A DNA stretch of 64,000 nt from Myxococcales bacterium (GCA_047601445.1 JASGJH010000001.1:4832001-4896000), one strand, 5' to 3'. Positions 19,630 through 29,935 are shown, counted from the first letter of the stretch. A program made the numbers and translations. The notes: a model not told the origin generated them from the letters alone.

Positions 19630-21141
19630 ATGGGAACAAGCTCGAGAACACATGGTCCCAGGCGTGGGGGCCCAGGTTCGCCATCATCGCCCGGAGCGGC
19701 GGTCGGTCTCTCGCTCTGGCTTCTGGCTGCTGGCGCGGCCGCACAGGCCCCCCAGGCCACGCCCAGCGCAGCCGCAGCGGCCGCCGATGCGGGCGCATCC
19801 GTGGCCACCATCGACCCCGCAACGCTGGCGACTCCGGCGCGCATCGAGGCGCTGCAGACACTCTCCACCGGTGTCCATCCCGGTGTCCCGCTCGACTCGC
19901 TGCTACCGGTTTCCCTGGACGACGACAGCTCCATGAACGAGCGAGACAAGGCCGTGCGGCTCGAGCGCCGCAAGGTGCTGATCGCCTCGCGCGTGGGGGA
20001 GCGCTTCGGCAACCGAAGCCCCGAAGAAATGGCCCAGATGCGCGACCAGGTGCTCGCCCTGGACCTGGAGCGCAAGGTGCTCGCGCTGCCCATCGAGGTG
20101 CGCTCGCGCCTCATCGACGAAGACGCCCAGCGCGCCAGCGGAGGACAGCCCGCAAGCAGTCAGGGCACCCCCGCCACGAGCAAGGCCAGCGAGCCCCAGG
20201 CCAAGAGCCCCGGCGCCAGCGGACCGGGCGTCACCAAGGCACCCGCCCGCTCGAACACGCAGCCCGCCTCTGCCAGCAGCGAGAACACACCCACCAGCGG
20301 CAAGGCCACTCCACGTTCGCTGTTCGCGAGCTTCCTGTTGCTACTCGGGCTGCTGTTCGCGGTCTGGCTCGGCACCCGCCTGTTCCGCGCCGGCGTCACC
20401 GCGCTCGCCCAGCGCGCACCCGCTCAGCGCGGCCAGCTCACCGCGCTCTCGGGCGTGGGTAGCCTGGTCATCGGCGTGGTGGGCGTGCTGGCGGCCCCCT
20501 TCGCGGCCTTCGCCAATGTCCACGAGTCGGCCCTCGGCTTCTGTGGCGCGCTCGCCTTCGCCTTGCTGGCGCTGGGCTGCCGCGACCTCGCAGCCTCCAT
20601 GCTCGCGGGCTGCGTGCTCACGCTCAAGCGTCCCTTCCGCAGCGGAGACCGCATCGAAGTCGCGGGCATCGCGGGCAAGGTCCTGCAGGTAGGCCTGACC
20701 TCCACCCAGCTTCTCACGTCGCGCAATCAGACCGTCACGCTGCCCAACCGCACCTTCCTCAACCAGCCGGTCTCCGCCCCGCGCACCGAGAGCGCGGTGG
20801 TCCCGCTCGAGGTCGACTTCTACGTCGACGCCAACCAGGACGCGGGCGCAGCCAAGCGCATCTTCGCCGAGGTGCTCGCGGGCACCCGCGGGGCCGACCT
20901 GCCCAAGGGTCAATCCATCCTGCTCAAGCAGCTCGTGCTGGGACACGGCACCGTGGTGCGGCTCAGGGCTCGGGTGTTCGTCAACGCGACCCAGGCCGAT
21001 CAAATCGAGTCCGAGCTCACGGAGCGCATGCTCGAGGGGCTGCGCACGGGCGGCATCCGAGCGCCTTCCCAGGTGCCCACCACACCGAACACCCCGCCGC
21101 GCACGCGCGAGCCCACCGAGCCCTTCGCCTTCGGAGGCTGA
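19630..21141 (+). CDS. MscS-family mechanosensitive channel with extended N-terminus
   Basis: 'RPFRSGDRIEV', 'GKVLQVGLTST', 'VTLPN' preceded by three TM segments. Confidence 0.85.
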   Translation: MGTSSRTHGPRRGGPGSPSSPGAAVGLSLWLLAAGAAAQAPQATPSAAAAAADAGASVATIDPATLATPARIEALQTLSTGVHPGVPLDSLLPVSLDDDSSMNERDKAVRLERRKVLIASRVGERFGNRSPEEMAQMRDQVLALDLERKVLALPIEVRSRLIDEDAQRASGGQPASSQGTPATSKASEPQAKSPGASGPGVTKAPARSNTQPASASSENTPTSGKATPRSLFASFLLLLGLLFAVWLGTRLFRAGVTALAQRAPAQRGQLTALSGVGSLVIGVVGVLAAPFAAFANVHESALGFCGALAFALLALGCRDLAASMLAGCVLTLKRPFRSGDRIEVAGIAGKVLQVGLTSTQLLTSRNQTVTLPNRTFLNQPVSAPRTESAVVPLEVDFYVDANQDAGAAKRIFAEVLAGTRGADLPKGQSILLKQLVLGHGTVVRLRARVFVNATQADQIESELTERMLEGLRTGGIRAPSQVPTTPNTPPRTREPTEPFAFGG

Positions 21142-21145
21142 CACC

Positions 21146-21442
21146 ATGTTCGTGATCGAGCTGATCTACAAGGCCGAGCTCACGCAGATCGACGCCGCGA
21201 TGAAGGAGCACATGGCCTTCCTCAAGCGCGGCTACGCGGCCGGCGTGTTCGTGCTCTCGGGCCGCAAGATCCCGCGCGATGGGGGCATCCTGTTGGCGGT
21301 GGGCAACGACCGCGAGAAGGTCGAGCAGCTGATGGCGCTCGACCCCTTCGTAGCCAAGGGCCTCGCCGACGTACACATCATCCAGTTCCGAGCCAGCCAG
21401 CGGGCCGAGAACGTGGACGAGGTCTTGAAGCAGGAGCCCTAG
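21146..21442 (+). CDS. YciI-family protein
   Basis: 'EHMAFL', 'LSGRKIPRDGG', 'DPF'; GGAGG RBS. Confidence 0.85.
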   Translation: MFVIELIYKAELTQIDAAMKEHMAFLKRGYAAGVFVLSGRKIPRDGGILLAVGNDREKVEQLMALDPFVAKGLADVHIIQFRASQRAENVDEVLKQEP

Positions 21443-21631
21443 AACGCATCTGATCACCTCTGCGGTTGGTCTCGTTGTCCGAGGCACGCGTAGGACATCC
21501 GTCCGACTACCGGCAAAGGGATTCTACTGCAAGCTTTGCTGCACGATGCGAGGCCGTACGCCTCGAGGCCAACGACGCGCCACAAACCCCGTTTGGGATC
21601 CTGCGCGCATCTACGGGCGCGGAGGTGGAAT

Positions 21632-23038
21632 ATGAGAATTGCAGTGAGGCTAGGTTCGTTGGCGCTGGCCGTCGTGACTGGGACCGCATCGGTGCACGCG
21701 CAGGCGACGACCGATTGGGACTATCGGGGGCGACTCGCGGTGGCCACGCATGGCGAGCACACGGCGCGCTACTTCTACCAGCACGGTGTCGACCGGGTCC
21801 TCGAGGAGCACGACGGCAGCACGACGTACTACGTCGGCGGCGACTTCGAGGTGCGCGACGGCATCGCTATTGTCTATGCGCGCCTTGGCGAGGGGCGCGT
21901 AGCGCGGCAGAGCCGGAGCGCGCTGCAGCCAGACTTGCTCGAGGACTTCGCACCGAGTGGCCGCATCGATGTGACTGATGCGTGGCTTTCGAGCCGGGCG
22001 CTCGAGCACGCGAGCGGAGCAACGCCCCCGCGGGCGAACGAGCCTGTTCGACACCTCTACGCGAGCGCGCGCCGGCTGCTGCTCGAGCACGTGCCGAGCA
22101 AGGTGTTCTTGCACAACGACCAGCTCGGCAGCCTGACCCTCGCGAGCGACCCCGGCGGACACCTGCTCGGCGAGCTAGCGTTTCAAACCACGGGCGCGGT
22201 GCGGATGAATCGCTCCCACGTGGACCGCTACGGCTTCATGGGGCAACGTCGCGATCCGATTACCGACCTGGTGCACCTGCCGCTTCGCGAGCTCGACGCG
22301 CGGGTCGGCCGCTGGCTGAGCCCTGACCCGCTGTTTCTTACCAGCGCTGAAGCGTGCCTCGCCAAGCCCTTCGAGTGCAGCAACGGATATCAGTACGTGC
22401 TGAACAACCCAGTCGACCATGTCGATCCAACGGGAGCAGCGGACACGCTGCCGTGGGCCTTGTTTGGAGATGGGAGCAGAATAGCGCTCTTTCCTCAAGC
22501 ACCTACCCCACACTCAGCAAATGCAGCACCAGTTACGATACTCGAGGAGCTAACCGAGGACCCGCCTGAGGTGGCATTCTACGGCAATTTCAGGGAGGGT
22601 TATACGGCCTACAGATACAGAGTGAGCCCTGACGATGGGTCCTCTCGCTACACCAGGTATGTGATTTTCGGCATCGGCGCCCAGCCGCTCTTGGCATCTA
22701 GCTGGGAGGAGACCCAAGCGCTCTTTGTGAAACGAGGATACTGGCAACGTCTTTTCTCGTGGTTCTCTTCGAAGCCACGCGCGAACTGGATAGCCAGGTC
22801 GTACAACGGCGTTGGTGAACATAATTGGCAGGAATCCGTGGCTCTTTCCGTCCGGAGCCAACAGAGCGAAGGGCATGGAGCGGCCGAAAACGCTCTTGGA
22901 CGGATTGATCCTTCTCTGGTTGAAGAACGATTTTCAATCTGGGGCGAACAACGCACGGCGGCATACGTGGGGAAAAACGGGGTCGAAAGTTGGAACAAAG
23001 CGCACCCCCAACCCTACACACCACGTGGTCCCCGATAA
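21632..23038 (+). CDS. Short RHS-repeat-associated core protein with signal peptide and divergent C-terminal (putative toxin) domain
   Basis: GGAGG RBS; signal peptide ending VHA; 'HNDQLGS', 'GRWLSPDP', 'YQYVLNNPVDHVDPTG'; visibly more AT-rich after ~22435. Confidence 0.85.
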   Translation: MRIAVRLGSLALAVVTGTASVHAQATTDWDYRGRLAVATHGEHTARYFYQHGVDRVLEEHDGSTTYYVGGDFEVRDGIAIVYARLGEGRVARQSRSALQPDLLEDFAPSGRIDVTDAWLSSRALEHASGATPPRANEPVRHLYASARRLLLEHVPSKVFLHNDQLGSLTLASDPGGHLLGELAFQTTGAVRMNRSHVDRYGFMGQRRDPITDLVHLPLRELDARVGRWLSPDPLFLTSAEACLAKPFECSNGYQYVLNNPVDHVDPTGAADTLPWALFGDGSRIALFPQAPTPHSANAAPVTILEELTEDPPEVAFYGNFREGYTAYRYRVSPDDGSSRYTRYVIFGIGAQPLLASSWEETQALFVKRGYWQRLFSWFSSKPRANWIARSYNGVGEHNWQESVALSVRSQQSEGHGAAENALGRIDPSLVEERFSIWGEQRTAAYVGKNGVESWNKAHPQPYTPRGPR

Positions 23039-23104
23039 AGCTCGAGTTCGACATGGAGTCGCTCGTAGGACGCACGCAGGTCGTCGCGCTCGCTCTCCAG
23101 GCTC

Positions 23105-23337
23105 GCGATGCGCTCGTCCGCTGCGAGTTCGGCGTCGAACTCATCGCGCCGAACCGCGCGAAGCGCAGACGAACTCAAGATGGATGCCCGCTCCGCCGCG
23201 ACAAGCGTCGATGGACGATCGAGCGCCTTCGCGTGGCTCATGCGGTACCGCCGCAGCGTCACGCGCTGGGAGCATAAAGCTGAGACTTCCTCGGCTTTCT
23301 CCACCTCGCGTGCCTCGCCATCCTCCTGAAGAGGTGA
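23105..23337 (+). pseudogene. C-terminal remnant of an IS5-family transposase with two frameshifts
   Basis: Joined frames read GVELIAPNRAKRRRTQDGCPLRRDKRRWTIER / FAWLMRYRRSVTRWEHKAE / FLGFLHLACLAILLKR*, matching the typical IS5 DDE C-terminus. Confidence 0.85.
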
Positions 23338-23445
23338 TGAGATGCGTTCTAGGCTCCTGTCGCCGCATCGCCCCTGCCCTTGCCGGTCACGTCGCGCTGG
23401 CGGGCGCACCGGGACGGCGCAGGGGACGACGGCGAAAATGCTTGC

Positions 23446-23889
23446 TCAGCGCGTGAAGTGCTTGGCGCGCTGCTGAATCTCGCGGGCCACGCCGCGGTCC
23501 TTGGACGTCACTTCCACAAGGAAGTTGCCGCCCTCGACGCGCACGCGGAACTCCGCGCCCTTCACGCACAGCGGCGAAGTCTGGTCCTGCGTCAGCTTCG
23601 AGCACTCGGTCAGCGCGTTGTAGAGGTCGGCCTCGGTCACGTGCCTGGGCGCGCGCACGATCAGCGCCACACCGGTCGGAATGTAGGCGAACGGGCGGTC
23701 CTGCTTCCGGGTGAGCTCGCGGGCCTTCAAGATGGTGTAGCCGTCGGCGCCGCCCTGCTGCCCCTGGGCCGCAGCGGCCAAGGCCGAACAGGCCATGCTG
23801 TCCGCGGAAGCGCTGGAGATGCCGACGAAGCTGAGACCCGTGAGAAGTGCAGCTCCGGTGACGAGCCGCACGATACGTTGATGTGCCAT
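23446..23889 (-). CDS. Secreted hypothetical protein
   Basis: GGAGG RBS, signal peptide ending ASA, GC3-rich codons. Confidence 0.7.
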   Translation of the reverse strand: MAHQRIVRLVTGAALLTGLSFVGISSASADSMACSALAAAAQGQQGGADGYTILKARELTRKQDRPFAYIPTGVALIVRAPRHVTEADLYNALTECSKLTQDQTSPLCVKGAEFRVRVEGGNFLVEVTSKDRGVAREIQQRAKHFTR

Positions 23890-24030
23890 GCGTGAATCCT
23901 CCATGGCACTCACTGTGATGTGGCTCGGACAACCTTGGAATGGGGTGAACTACCCAAGTTGACCGGGTCGATGGCCCCAAAACACGAGAAAAACGGGGCC
24001 TCTCGTGCTCTTAAGCCGCTTTCTACGCGC

Positions 24031-24399
24031 TCAAATGTCCGCGCTCGAGCCCTGGGGCGGGGGCCGGAGGGACGTCCATGGGGGCAGCGGCTTACAAACG
24101 ACGGTGAGGCTCGAGATGCCCGAACCGTCGCGGTTGGTGGGCTCCACGGCCAGGCTCACGTCGAGCACACGACCGTCGGCCTTGAGCATGCGCGCCTGAA
24201 AACGCTGGGGTGTACCGGCCTCGAACACCGCGTAGACCTGCTCGATGCCCTCCACCATCACCTCCTCGAAGCGACGCCCGCGCAGGGCACCGGTGGGCTG
24301 AGAGAGCATGCGGTGCGCGATGGCGTTCCCGGAGCTGATGCAACCGTCGGTCCCCACCACGATTACCGCGAATGGAACCGTCTCGAAGTTCTGCGTCAT
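24031..24399 (-). CDS. Standalone PAS-domain protein
   Basis: 'PFAVIVVGTDG.I...N' and 'LKADGRVLDVSL' PAS pattern. Confidence 0.65.
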   Translation of the reverse strand: MTQNFETVPFAVIVVGTDGCISSGNAIAHRMLSQPTGALRGRRFEEVMVEGIEQVYAVFEAGTPQRFQARMLKADGRVLDVSLAVEPTNRDGSGISSLTVVCKPLPPWTSLRPPPQGSSADI

Positions 24400-24705
24400 G
24401 AGTCCACCTCGTGTGCGCACGCGGCGCTGCGCGCGGCCGCCTCTGCCAAGCCAGGTCGAAGAAGGATACGTGCCCCCCCATGGAGACGTACCTCCGACCC
24501 CCCGGAAGAGTCCAGTTCGATTAGCCCCAAGAGCCCTGACAGCGAAATCGCTGGAAAATTGCAGTGATCACTCACGCCGTTCCCCTCCCAAACGGGCCAC
24601 GCGAGGGCACCAGTGGAACAGAGGCGTGGGCGAGCCGGCGAGGGTCAGCGACGTAATGGGCCGCGCAAAGCCTGCGACTGATCGCGAGAGTTTGGGAGGT
24701 CAGTC

Positions 24706-25740
24706 ATGGAATTCAGGCAACTCGGGGGATCGGGTCTCAAGGTACCCGTGCTCACCCTCGGCACCGGCACCTTCGGCGGCGGCAACAACGAGTTCTTCAA
24801 GTCGTGGGGCGCGAGCGAGGTGGCCGAGGCTACGCGCCTGGTGGACATCAGCCTCGAGGCCGGCCTCAACATGTTCGACAGCGCCGACGTGTACTCCAAC
24901 GGGCGCGCCGAGGAGATCCTCGGCAAGGCCATCGCGGGACGTCGCGACCAGGTCTTGATCTCCACCAAGGGCACCTTCCGCTTTGGGTCAGGCCCGAACG
25001 ACGTGGGCTCGTCGCGTCACCACCTGGTGCGCTCGGTGGAGGGCAGCCTGCGGCGCCTCGGAACCGACTACATCGATCTGTATCAGCTGCACGGCTTCGA
25101 CGCGCTGACGCCCCAGGAGGAGACGCTGCGCACGCTCGACGACCTCGTGCGGGCCGGCAAGATCCGCTACATCGGCGCCTCCAACTTCTCGGGCTGGCAC
25201 TTGATGAAGGCGCTCGCCACCTCCGAGAAGCTCGGCTTGAACCGTTACGTGGCGCACCAGACCTACTACTCGTTGATCGGCCGCGAATACGAGTGGGAGC
25301 TGATGCCGCTCGCCCTCGACCAGCGCGTGGGCGCCGTGGTGTGGAGCCCGCTCGGCTGGGCGCGACTCACGGGCAAGATCGGACGCAACAAGCCCAAGCC
25401 CCAGGTCTCGCGTCTGCTCGATCCCAAGCAAGCCGATGCGGCGCCGCCGGTCAACGACGAGTACCTCTACAAGGTCACCGACGCGCTCGAGGCCGTCGCC
25501 AAGGAGACCGGCAAGAGCGTGCCTCAGGTGGCGCTCAACTGGCTCTTGCAGCGTCCGAGCGTGGCTACCTTGGTGATCGGCGCGCGCAACGAAGAGCAAC
25601 TCAAGCAAAACCTCGCCGCGGCTTCGTTCCAGCTCACGCGTTCGCAGGTGCAGGTGCTCGACGAGGCCAGCGACGTCACGCCGATCACGCCCTATTGGCA
25701 CCAGCGTGGCTTCGCGGAGCGAAATCCGTTTCCCACCTGA
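24706..25740 (+). CDS. Aldo/keto reductase
   Basis: 'FDSADVYSNG', 'SLRRLGTDYIDLYQLH', 'GKIRYIGASN', 'WSPL'. Confidence 0.95.
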   Translation: MEFRQLGGSGLKVPVLTLGTGTFGGGNNEFFKSWGASEVAEATRLVDISLEAGLNMFDSADVYSNGRAEEILGKAIAGRRDQVLISTKGTFRFGSGPNDVGSSRHHLVRSVEGSLRRLGTDYIDLYQLHGFDALTPQEETLRTLDDLVRAGKIRYIGASNFSGWHLMKALATSEKLGLNRYVAHQTYYSLIGREYEWELMPLALDQRVGAVVWSPLGWARLTGKIGRNKPKPQVSRLLDPKQADAAPPVNDEYLYKVTDALEAVAKETGKSVPQVALNWLLQRPSVATLVIGARNEEQLKQNLAAASFQLTRSQVQVLDEASDVTPITPYWHQRGFAERNPFPT

Positions 25741-25784
25741 GGCCGCTGTCGTAAGACTTCGCGGTCGAAAGTCCTTCGTCCCGC

Positions 25785-26408
25785 ATGGCCGCCAAGAAGC
25801 TCCCCGCACCTGCAAAGTCCTCGGCTCGCGCCCCCAAGCCGGCGGAGGTCGAGCTCACGTTCGCCTCGGTGAAGGAGTGGGCCAGCTGGCTCGAGCGTCA
25901 TCACGCAAGTTCGCCCGCCGTCATGCTGCGCATCCCCAAGGGCGACGATCGTGCCTTCGGCTATACCGAGGCGCTCGAGGTCGCCCTGGCCTGGGGCTGG
26001 ATCGACAGCCACAAGCGCACGCTGGACGAGCGAGCATGGTTGCAGCGCTTTGGTCCGCGCACGCCGAGGAGTCCCTGGTCCAAGATCAACTGCGACAAGG
26101 CCGAGGCCTTGATCGCGGCAGGCAAGATGAAGCCCGCGGGCCTGAGCCAGGTGGAGCTGGCCAAGGCCGATGGTCGCTGGGAGCGCGCCTACACGAGCGC
26201 GCGCACTTCGAGCGTGCCGGACGATCTCGCGGAGGCGCTGGCCAAGAACGCCAAGGCCCGCAAGTTCTTCGAGCAACTCGACGGCGCCAACCGCTACGCC
26301 ATCCTGTGGCGCTTACAGACGGCCAAGAAGCCCGAGACTCGCCGCGCCCGCCTCGAGAAGTTCGTGGCCATGTGCGCGCGAGGCGAGCGCATCCACGAAC
26401 GAGGCTGA
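25785..26408 (+). CDS. YdeI/OmpD-associated family protein
   Basis: 'ALAWGWIDS', 'SPWSKIN', 'AKADGRWERAY', 'AKKPETRRARL'. Confidence 0.9.
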   Translation: MAAKKLPAPAKSSARAPKPAEVELTFASVKEWASWLERHHASSPAVMLRIPKGDDRAFGYTEALEVALAWGWIDSHKRTLDERAWLQRFGPRTPRSPWSKINCDKAEALIAAGKMKPAGLSQVELAKADGRWERAYTSARTSSVPDDLAEALAKNAKARKFFEQLDGANRYAILWRLQTAKKPETRRARLEKFVAMCARGERIHERG

Positions 26409-26416
26409 CGACGGGC

Positions 26417-26836
26417 TCACTTCATCGGCACGGGCGGAGGCTGCGTCACCTCGAACAGCCAGGCTTCGCTCGAGACGAACTCGATGCCGTCCGAGCTCTC
26501 CTTGGCGAGCAGGTCCGGATGATCGGTGACCACGCGGGTCGCCTTGGACGCCTTGGCGGCGCTCACGAGGGCCTTCTCCCAGGCGTCGGCGGGAAAATCG
26601 GAGTTGCCGGGGATGACCTTCACCAGCGAGCGGATCAACTTGACCTGCTGAGCGATGGAATCGCGCTTGAACTCGGGCAGCGTGCCCAGAATGTACTCGA
26701 TGCGGCCGAGCACCCACTCGGTGGCCACACTCTCACCTCTGTGCTTTCCGAGTACTCGTTGGACCACGCGATCTGGGAAGGTGCCGGGTGCCACGGAAGC
26801 GTTCACGTACACGTCGGGCGCCAAGATGATGTCCAC
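26417..26836 (-). CDS. PIN-domain-like protein (degenerate)
   Basis: N-terminal 'IILAPDVYVNA' and C-terminal 'VVTDHPDLL...GIEFVS' resemble the PIN fold; GAGGAG RBS before a GTG start. Confidence 0.55.
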   Translation of the reverse strand: MDIILAPDVYVNASVAPGTFPDRVVQRVLGKHRGESVATEWVLGRIEYILGTLPEFKRDSIAQQVKLIRSLVKVIPGNSDFPADAWEKALVSAAKASKATRVVTDHPDLLAKESSDGIEFVSSEAWLFEVTQPPPVPMK

Positions 26837-27077
26837 GAAAATTCTCCTCTGCCTCTCGGGGCTACGAGCGACCGCAATTGCAACGCTCCGGCACGCCAAC
26901 GTCAAGGGCGCTGGGCCCAAAATGCGCGAGGTAGCGTACGCAAACCGAAGCCGCGCGCGAGGGCGAGCTGGCGCTGGGTCGAATCCGGGTGAAGCGAAGC
27001 GTCCAATGGGGGGAAGCGCGGGCCGGAAGGGATCCCAGGCTTGGACTATCTAACGTGTTTGCGCTAGCTGTCGGCCC

Positions 27078-27683
27078 ATGGCGCTCACCAAGTTCGTACG
27101 CAACGTCGACGATCTCAGCGACGACGGCGGCTACAAGTTTCGGTTCCGTTGCGATCGCTGCAGCGACGGATTGGAGAGCCAGTACGTCAGCTCCTCGGCC
27201 AACCTGCTCAAGACCGGGCTCGAGATCTTCAGCATGTTTCGTCACTTCGGCGGGGTCGGTCGGCAAGCAGTCGACGGCATCGATCGTGGCTTGCGGGGCA
27301 AAGAGCGCGACGCCGCCTACGAGCAGGCCGTGCACGAGGCGACCAGCCATTTCCACAAGTGCTCGCACTGCGGCCACTGGGTGTGTGGCCATTGCTGGAA
27401 CGAAAGTGTGGGTTTGTGCGAGGGTTGCGCGCCCGACGCCGGTGAGGCCGCCGCCAAGGAAGCCGCGCAGATCGCCAGGCAGAAGCAAGTGGCCGCCGTA
27501 CGCGAGCAAGGTGCCACGACGCATGCCCAGATCACCTGTCCGGTCTGCGCGCAGGAGTCGGGGGGCGGCAAGTTCTGTCAAAGCTGCGGCGCCAACGTGA
27601 CCGCCAGCCGCCCCTGCAAGGGCTGCAACGCCCCCCTCAACCCCACGGCTCGCTTCTGCGGCGACTGTGGCACGCGCTGCTAG
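27078..27683 (+). CDS. Multi-zinc-ribbon protein (double zinc ribbon C-terminus)
   Basis: Eight CxxC pairs including 'KFCQSCG' and 'RFCGDCG'. Confidence 0.85.
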   Translation: MALTKFVRNVDDLSDDGGYKFRFRCDRCSDGLESQYVSSSANLLKTGLEIFSMFRHFGGVGRQAVDGIDRGLRGKERDAAYEQAVHEATSHFHKCSHCGHWVCGHCWNESVGLCEGCAPDAGEAAAKEAAQIARQKQVAAVREQGATTHAQITCPVCAQESGGGKFCQSCGANVTASRPCKGCNAPLNPTARFCGDCGTRC

Positions 27684-27695
27684 GAGTTTACGGCC

Positions 27696-27959
27696 ATGCA
27701 ATGCCTCGTGTGTCACGCGCCCTTCGCCAGCGGCACCACGTGCCCCCAGTGCGGCTACGACGCGAGCGCGCCGGGCGCGGGCGAGACCCACGCCATCCTG
27801 GCGGCCCGTGAAACCTTCAAGGCCCAAAGCACGGCCTTCGAACCCCACAAGCGCGTGACTGCCGCCGACCGGCGCGGCCCGTGGCTGGCCCTCGGGATCG
27901 GCCTGCTGCTGTTCTTCTTCTGGGTGCGAACCTGCGCCTCCGGCGGGCACATCTGGTGA
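27696..27959 (+). CDS. Small zinc-ribbon membrane protein
   Basis: AGGAG RBS, CLVC/CPQC pairs, C-terminal TM. Confidence 0.75.
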   Translation: MQCLVCHAPFASGTTCPQCGYDASAPGAGETHAILAARETFKAQSTAFEPHKRVTAADRRGPWLALGIGLLLFFFWVRTCASGGHIW

Positions 27960-28093
27960 TTCGAGCTCCGTCATGGGCGCGCCGTCGCGCGTACTAGATT
28001 GCTGCTCACGCAACGCGCAATTGCAAACATTGCACTTTATGAAACACGTCGCCTAGGTCACGCTGCGGCTCCAACTGCGCATCAGGAGTCCGC

Positions 28094-29935
28094 ATGCCCA
28101 CCTATCGTTCGAAGACCTCGACTGCCGGCCGTAACATGGCGGGCGCTCGCGCGCTGTGGCGCGCCACCGGCATGCAGGACGCCGACTTCGAGAAGCCGAT
28201 CATCGCGGTGGTCAACTCGTTCACGCAGTTCGTGCCCGGACACGTGCACTTGAAGGACCTGGGTCAGCTGGTGGCGCGCGAGATCGAGGCGGCCGGCGGC
28301 GTGGCGAAGGAGTTCAATACCATCGCCGTGGACGACGGCATCGCCATGGGCCACGACGGCATGCTCTACAGCCTGCCCTCGCGCGATCTCATCGCAGACT
28401 CCGTGGAGTACATGGTCAACGCCCACACGGCCGACGCCATGGTGTGCATCTCGAACTGCGACAAGATCACGCCCGGCATGTTGATGGCGGCCATGCGCTT
28501 GAACATCCCGGTGGTGTTCGTGTCGGGCGGCCCCATGGAAGCGGGCAAGACCAAGCTCGCCAAGCACAAGCTCGACTTGATCGACGCGATGGTGATGGCC
28601 GCTGACAGCAAGGTAGACGATGCCACCTTGCACGAGGTGGAACGCTCTGCCTGTCCGACCTGCGGATCCTGCTCCGGCATGTTCACGGCCAACTCCATGA
28701 ACTGCCTCACGGAGGCGCTCGGTTTGTCGCTGCCCGGCAACGGCACGCAGCTGGCCACCCACTCCGATCGCCGCACGCTGTTCGAAGAAGCCGGCCGCCG
28801 CATCGTGCAGCTCGCGCGCCGCTACTACGAGCAAAACGACGAGAGCATCTTGCCGCGTTCGGTGGCCACCTTCGAGGCCTTCGAGAACGCCATGAGCCTC
28901 GACATTGCGATGGGCGGCTCCACCAACACCATCCTGCACCTGTTGGCGGCGGCCCAGGAGGGCGGCGTACCCTTCACCATGAAAGACGTCGACCGCCTCT
29001 CGCGCCGCGTACCCCAGCTGTGCAAGGTCGCGCCGAACACGCAGAAGTACCACATCGAAGACGTCCATCGCGCAGGCGGCGTGTTCTCCATCCTGGGTGA
29101 GCTCGCGCGCGCCGGCCTCTTGCACGTGAATGCGCGCACGGTGCACGCCAACACCATGGGCGAGGCCCTGGCCAACTGGGACATCATGCAGACCCGCGAC
29201 GACGCCGTGCGCACCTTCTTCCGCGCCGGTCCCGCGGGCATCCCCACGCAGGTGGCCTTCAGCCAGAGCACGCGCTGGAAGGACCTCGACGACGACCGCC
29301 GTGAGGGCTGCATCCGCAGCCTGGAGCACGCCTACTCCACCGAAGGCGGCCTGGCCGTTCTGTACGGCAACCTGGCGCCGAATGGCTGCGTCGTAAAGAC
29401 CTCGGGCGTGGACGCGGAGCTCCTCACCTTCGAGGGCCCGGCCTTTGTGGTCGAGAGCCAGGAAGATGCGGTGGAGGCCATCCTCGCCGATCGGGTGAAG
29501 GCGGGCGACGTGGTGGTGGTGCGCTACGAAGGGCCGCAGGGCGGGCCGGGCATGCAGGAGATGCTCTATCCGACCAGCTACATCAAATCCAAGGGCCTCG
29601 GCAAAGCCTGCGCCTTGATCACCGACGGCCGCTTCTCGGGCGGCACCAGCGGACTCTCCATCGGCCATGTCTCGCCCGAAGCCGCTGCCGGCGGCACCAT
29701 CGCCCTGGTCCAGCACGGCGATCGCATCCGCATCGACATCCCCAAGCGCAGCATCGAGCTGAAGGTCGACGAGACCGAGCTCGGCGCGCGCCGCGCCAAG
29801 TGCAGCTTCAAGCCCGAGAAGGTTCGCCCGCGCAAGGTCTCGGCGGCCCTCAAGGCCTACGCCTTGCTGGCCACCAGCGCCGATCGCGGTGCCGTGCGCG
29901 ACCTTTCCCAGCTGAACGATCCCAAGGCGCGCTGA
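28094..29935 (+). CDS. ilvD: Dihydroxy-acid dehydratase
   Basis: '[15 protein letters not shown]', 'SNCDKITPG', '[18 protein letters not shown]', '[11 protein letters not shown]'. Confidence 0.98.
   Translation: MPTYRSKTSTAGRNMAGARALWRATGMQDADFEKPIIAVVNSFTQFVPGHVHLKDLGQLVAREIEAAGGVAKEFNTIAVDDGIAMGHDGMLYSLPSRDLIADSVEYMVNAHTADAMVCISNCDKITPGMLMAAMRLNIPVVFVSGGPMEAGKTKLAKHKLDLIDAMVMAADSKVDDATLHEVERSACPTCGSCSGMFTANSMNCLTEALGLSLPGNGTQLATHSDRRTLFEEAGRRIVQLARRYYEQNDESILPRSVATFEAFENAMSLDIAMGGSTNTILHLLAAAQEGGVPFTMKDVDRLSRRVPQLCKVAPNTQKYHIEDVHRAGGVFSILGELARAGLLHVNARTVHANTMGEALANWDIMQTRDDAVRTFFRAGPAGIPTQVAFSQSTRWKDLDDDRREGCIRSLEHAYSTEGGLAVLYGNLAPNGCVVKTSGVDAELLTFEGPAFVVESQEDAVEAILADRVKAGDVVVVRYEGPQGGPGMQEMLYPTSYIKSKGLGKACALITDGRFSGGTSGLSIGHVSPEAAAGGTIALVQHGDRIRIDIPKRSIELKVDETELGARRAKCSFKPEKVRPRKVSAALKAYALLATSADRGAVRDLSQLNDPKAR

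Larger units (their letters stand above)
21442..23349 (+). mobile_element. Non-autonomous IS5-family-derived element carrying an RHS core/toxin-like passenger gene
   Basis: TIRs GAACGCATCTGATCACCTCT (21442-21461) and AGAGGTGATGAGATGCGTTC (23330-23349), 19/20 match; TA (within CTAG) on both flanks; transposase remnant at the right end. Confidence 0.85.

Noticed and set aside
22990..23277. 95-aa ORF after the RHS gene as a possible immunity protein
   Set aside because: Its second half is the transposase remnant, so it is a chimeric frame.
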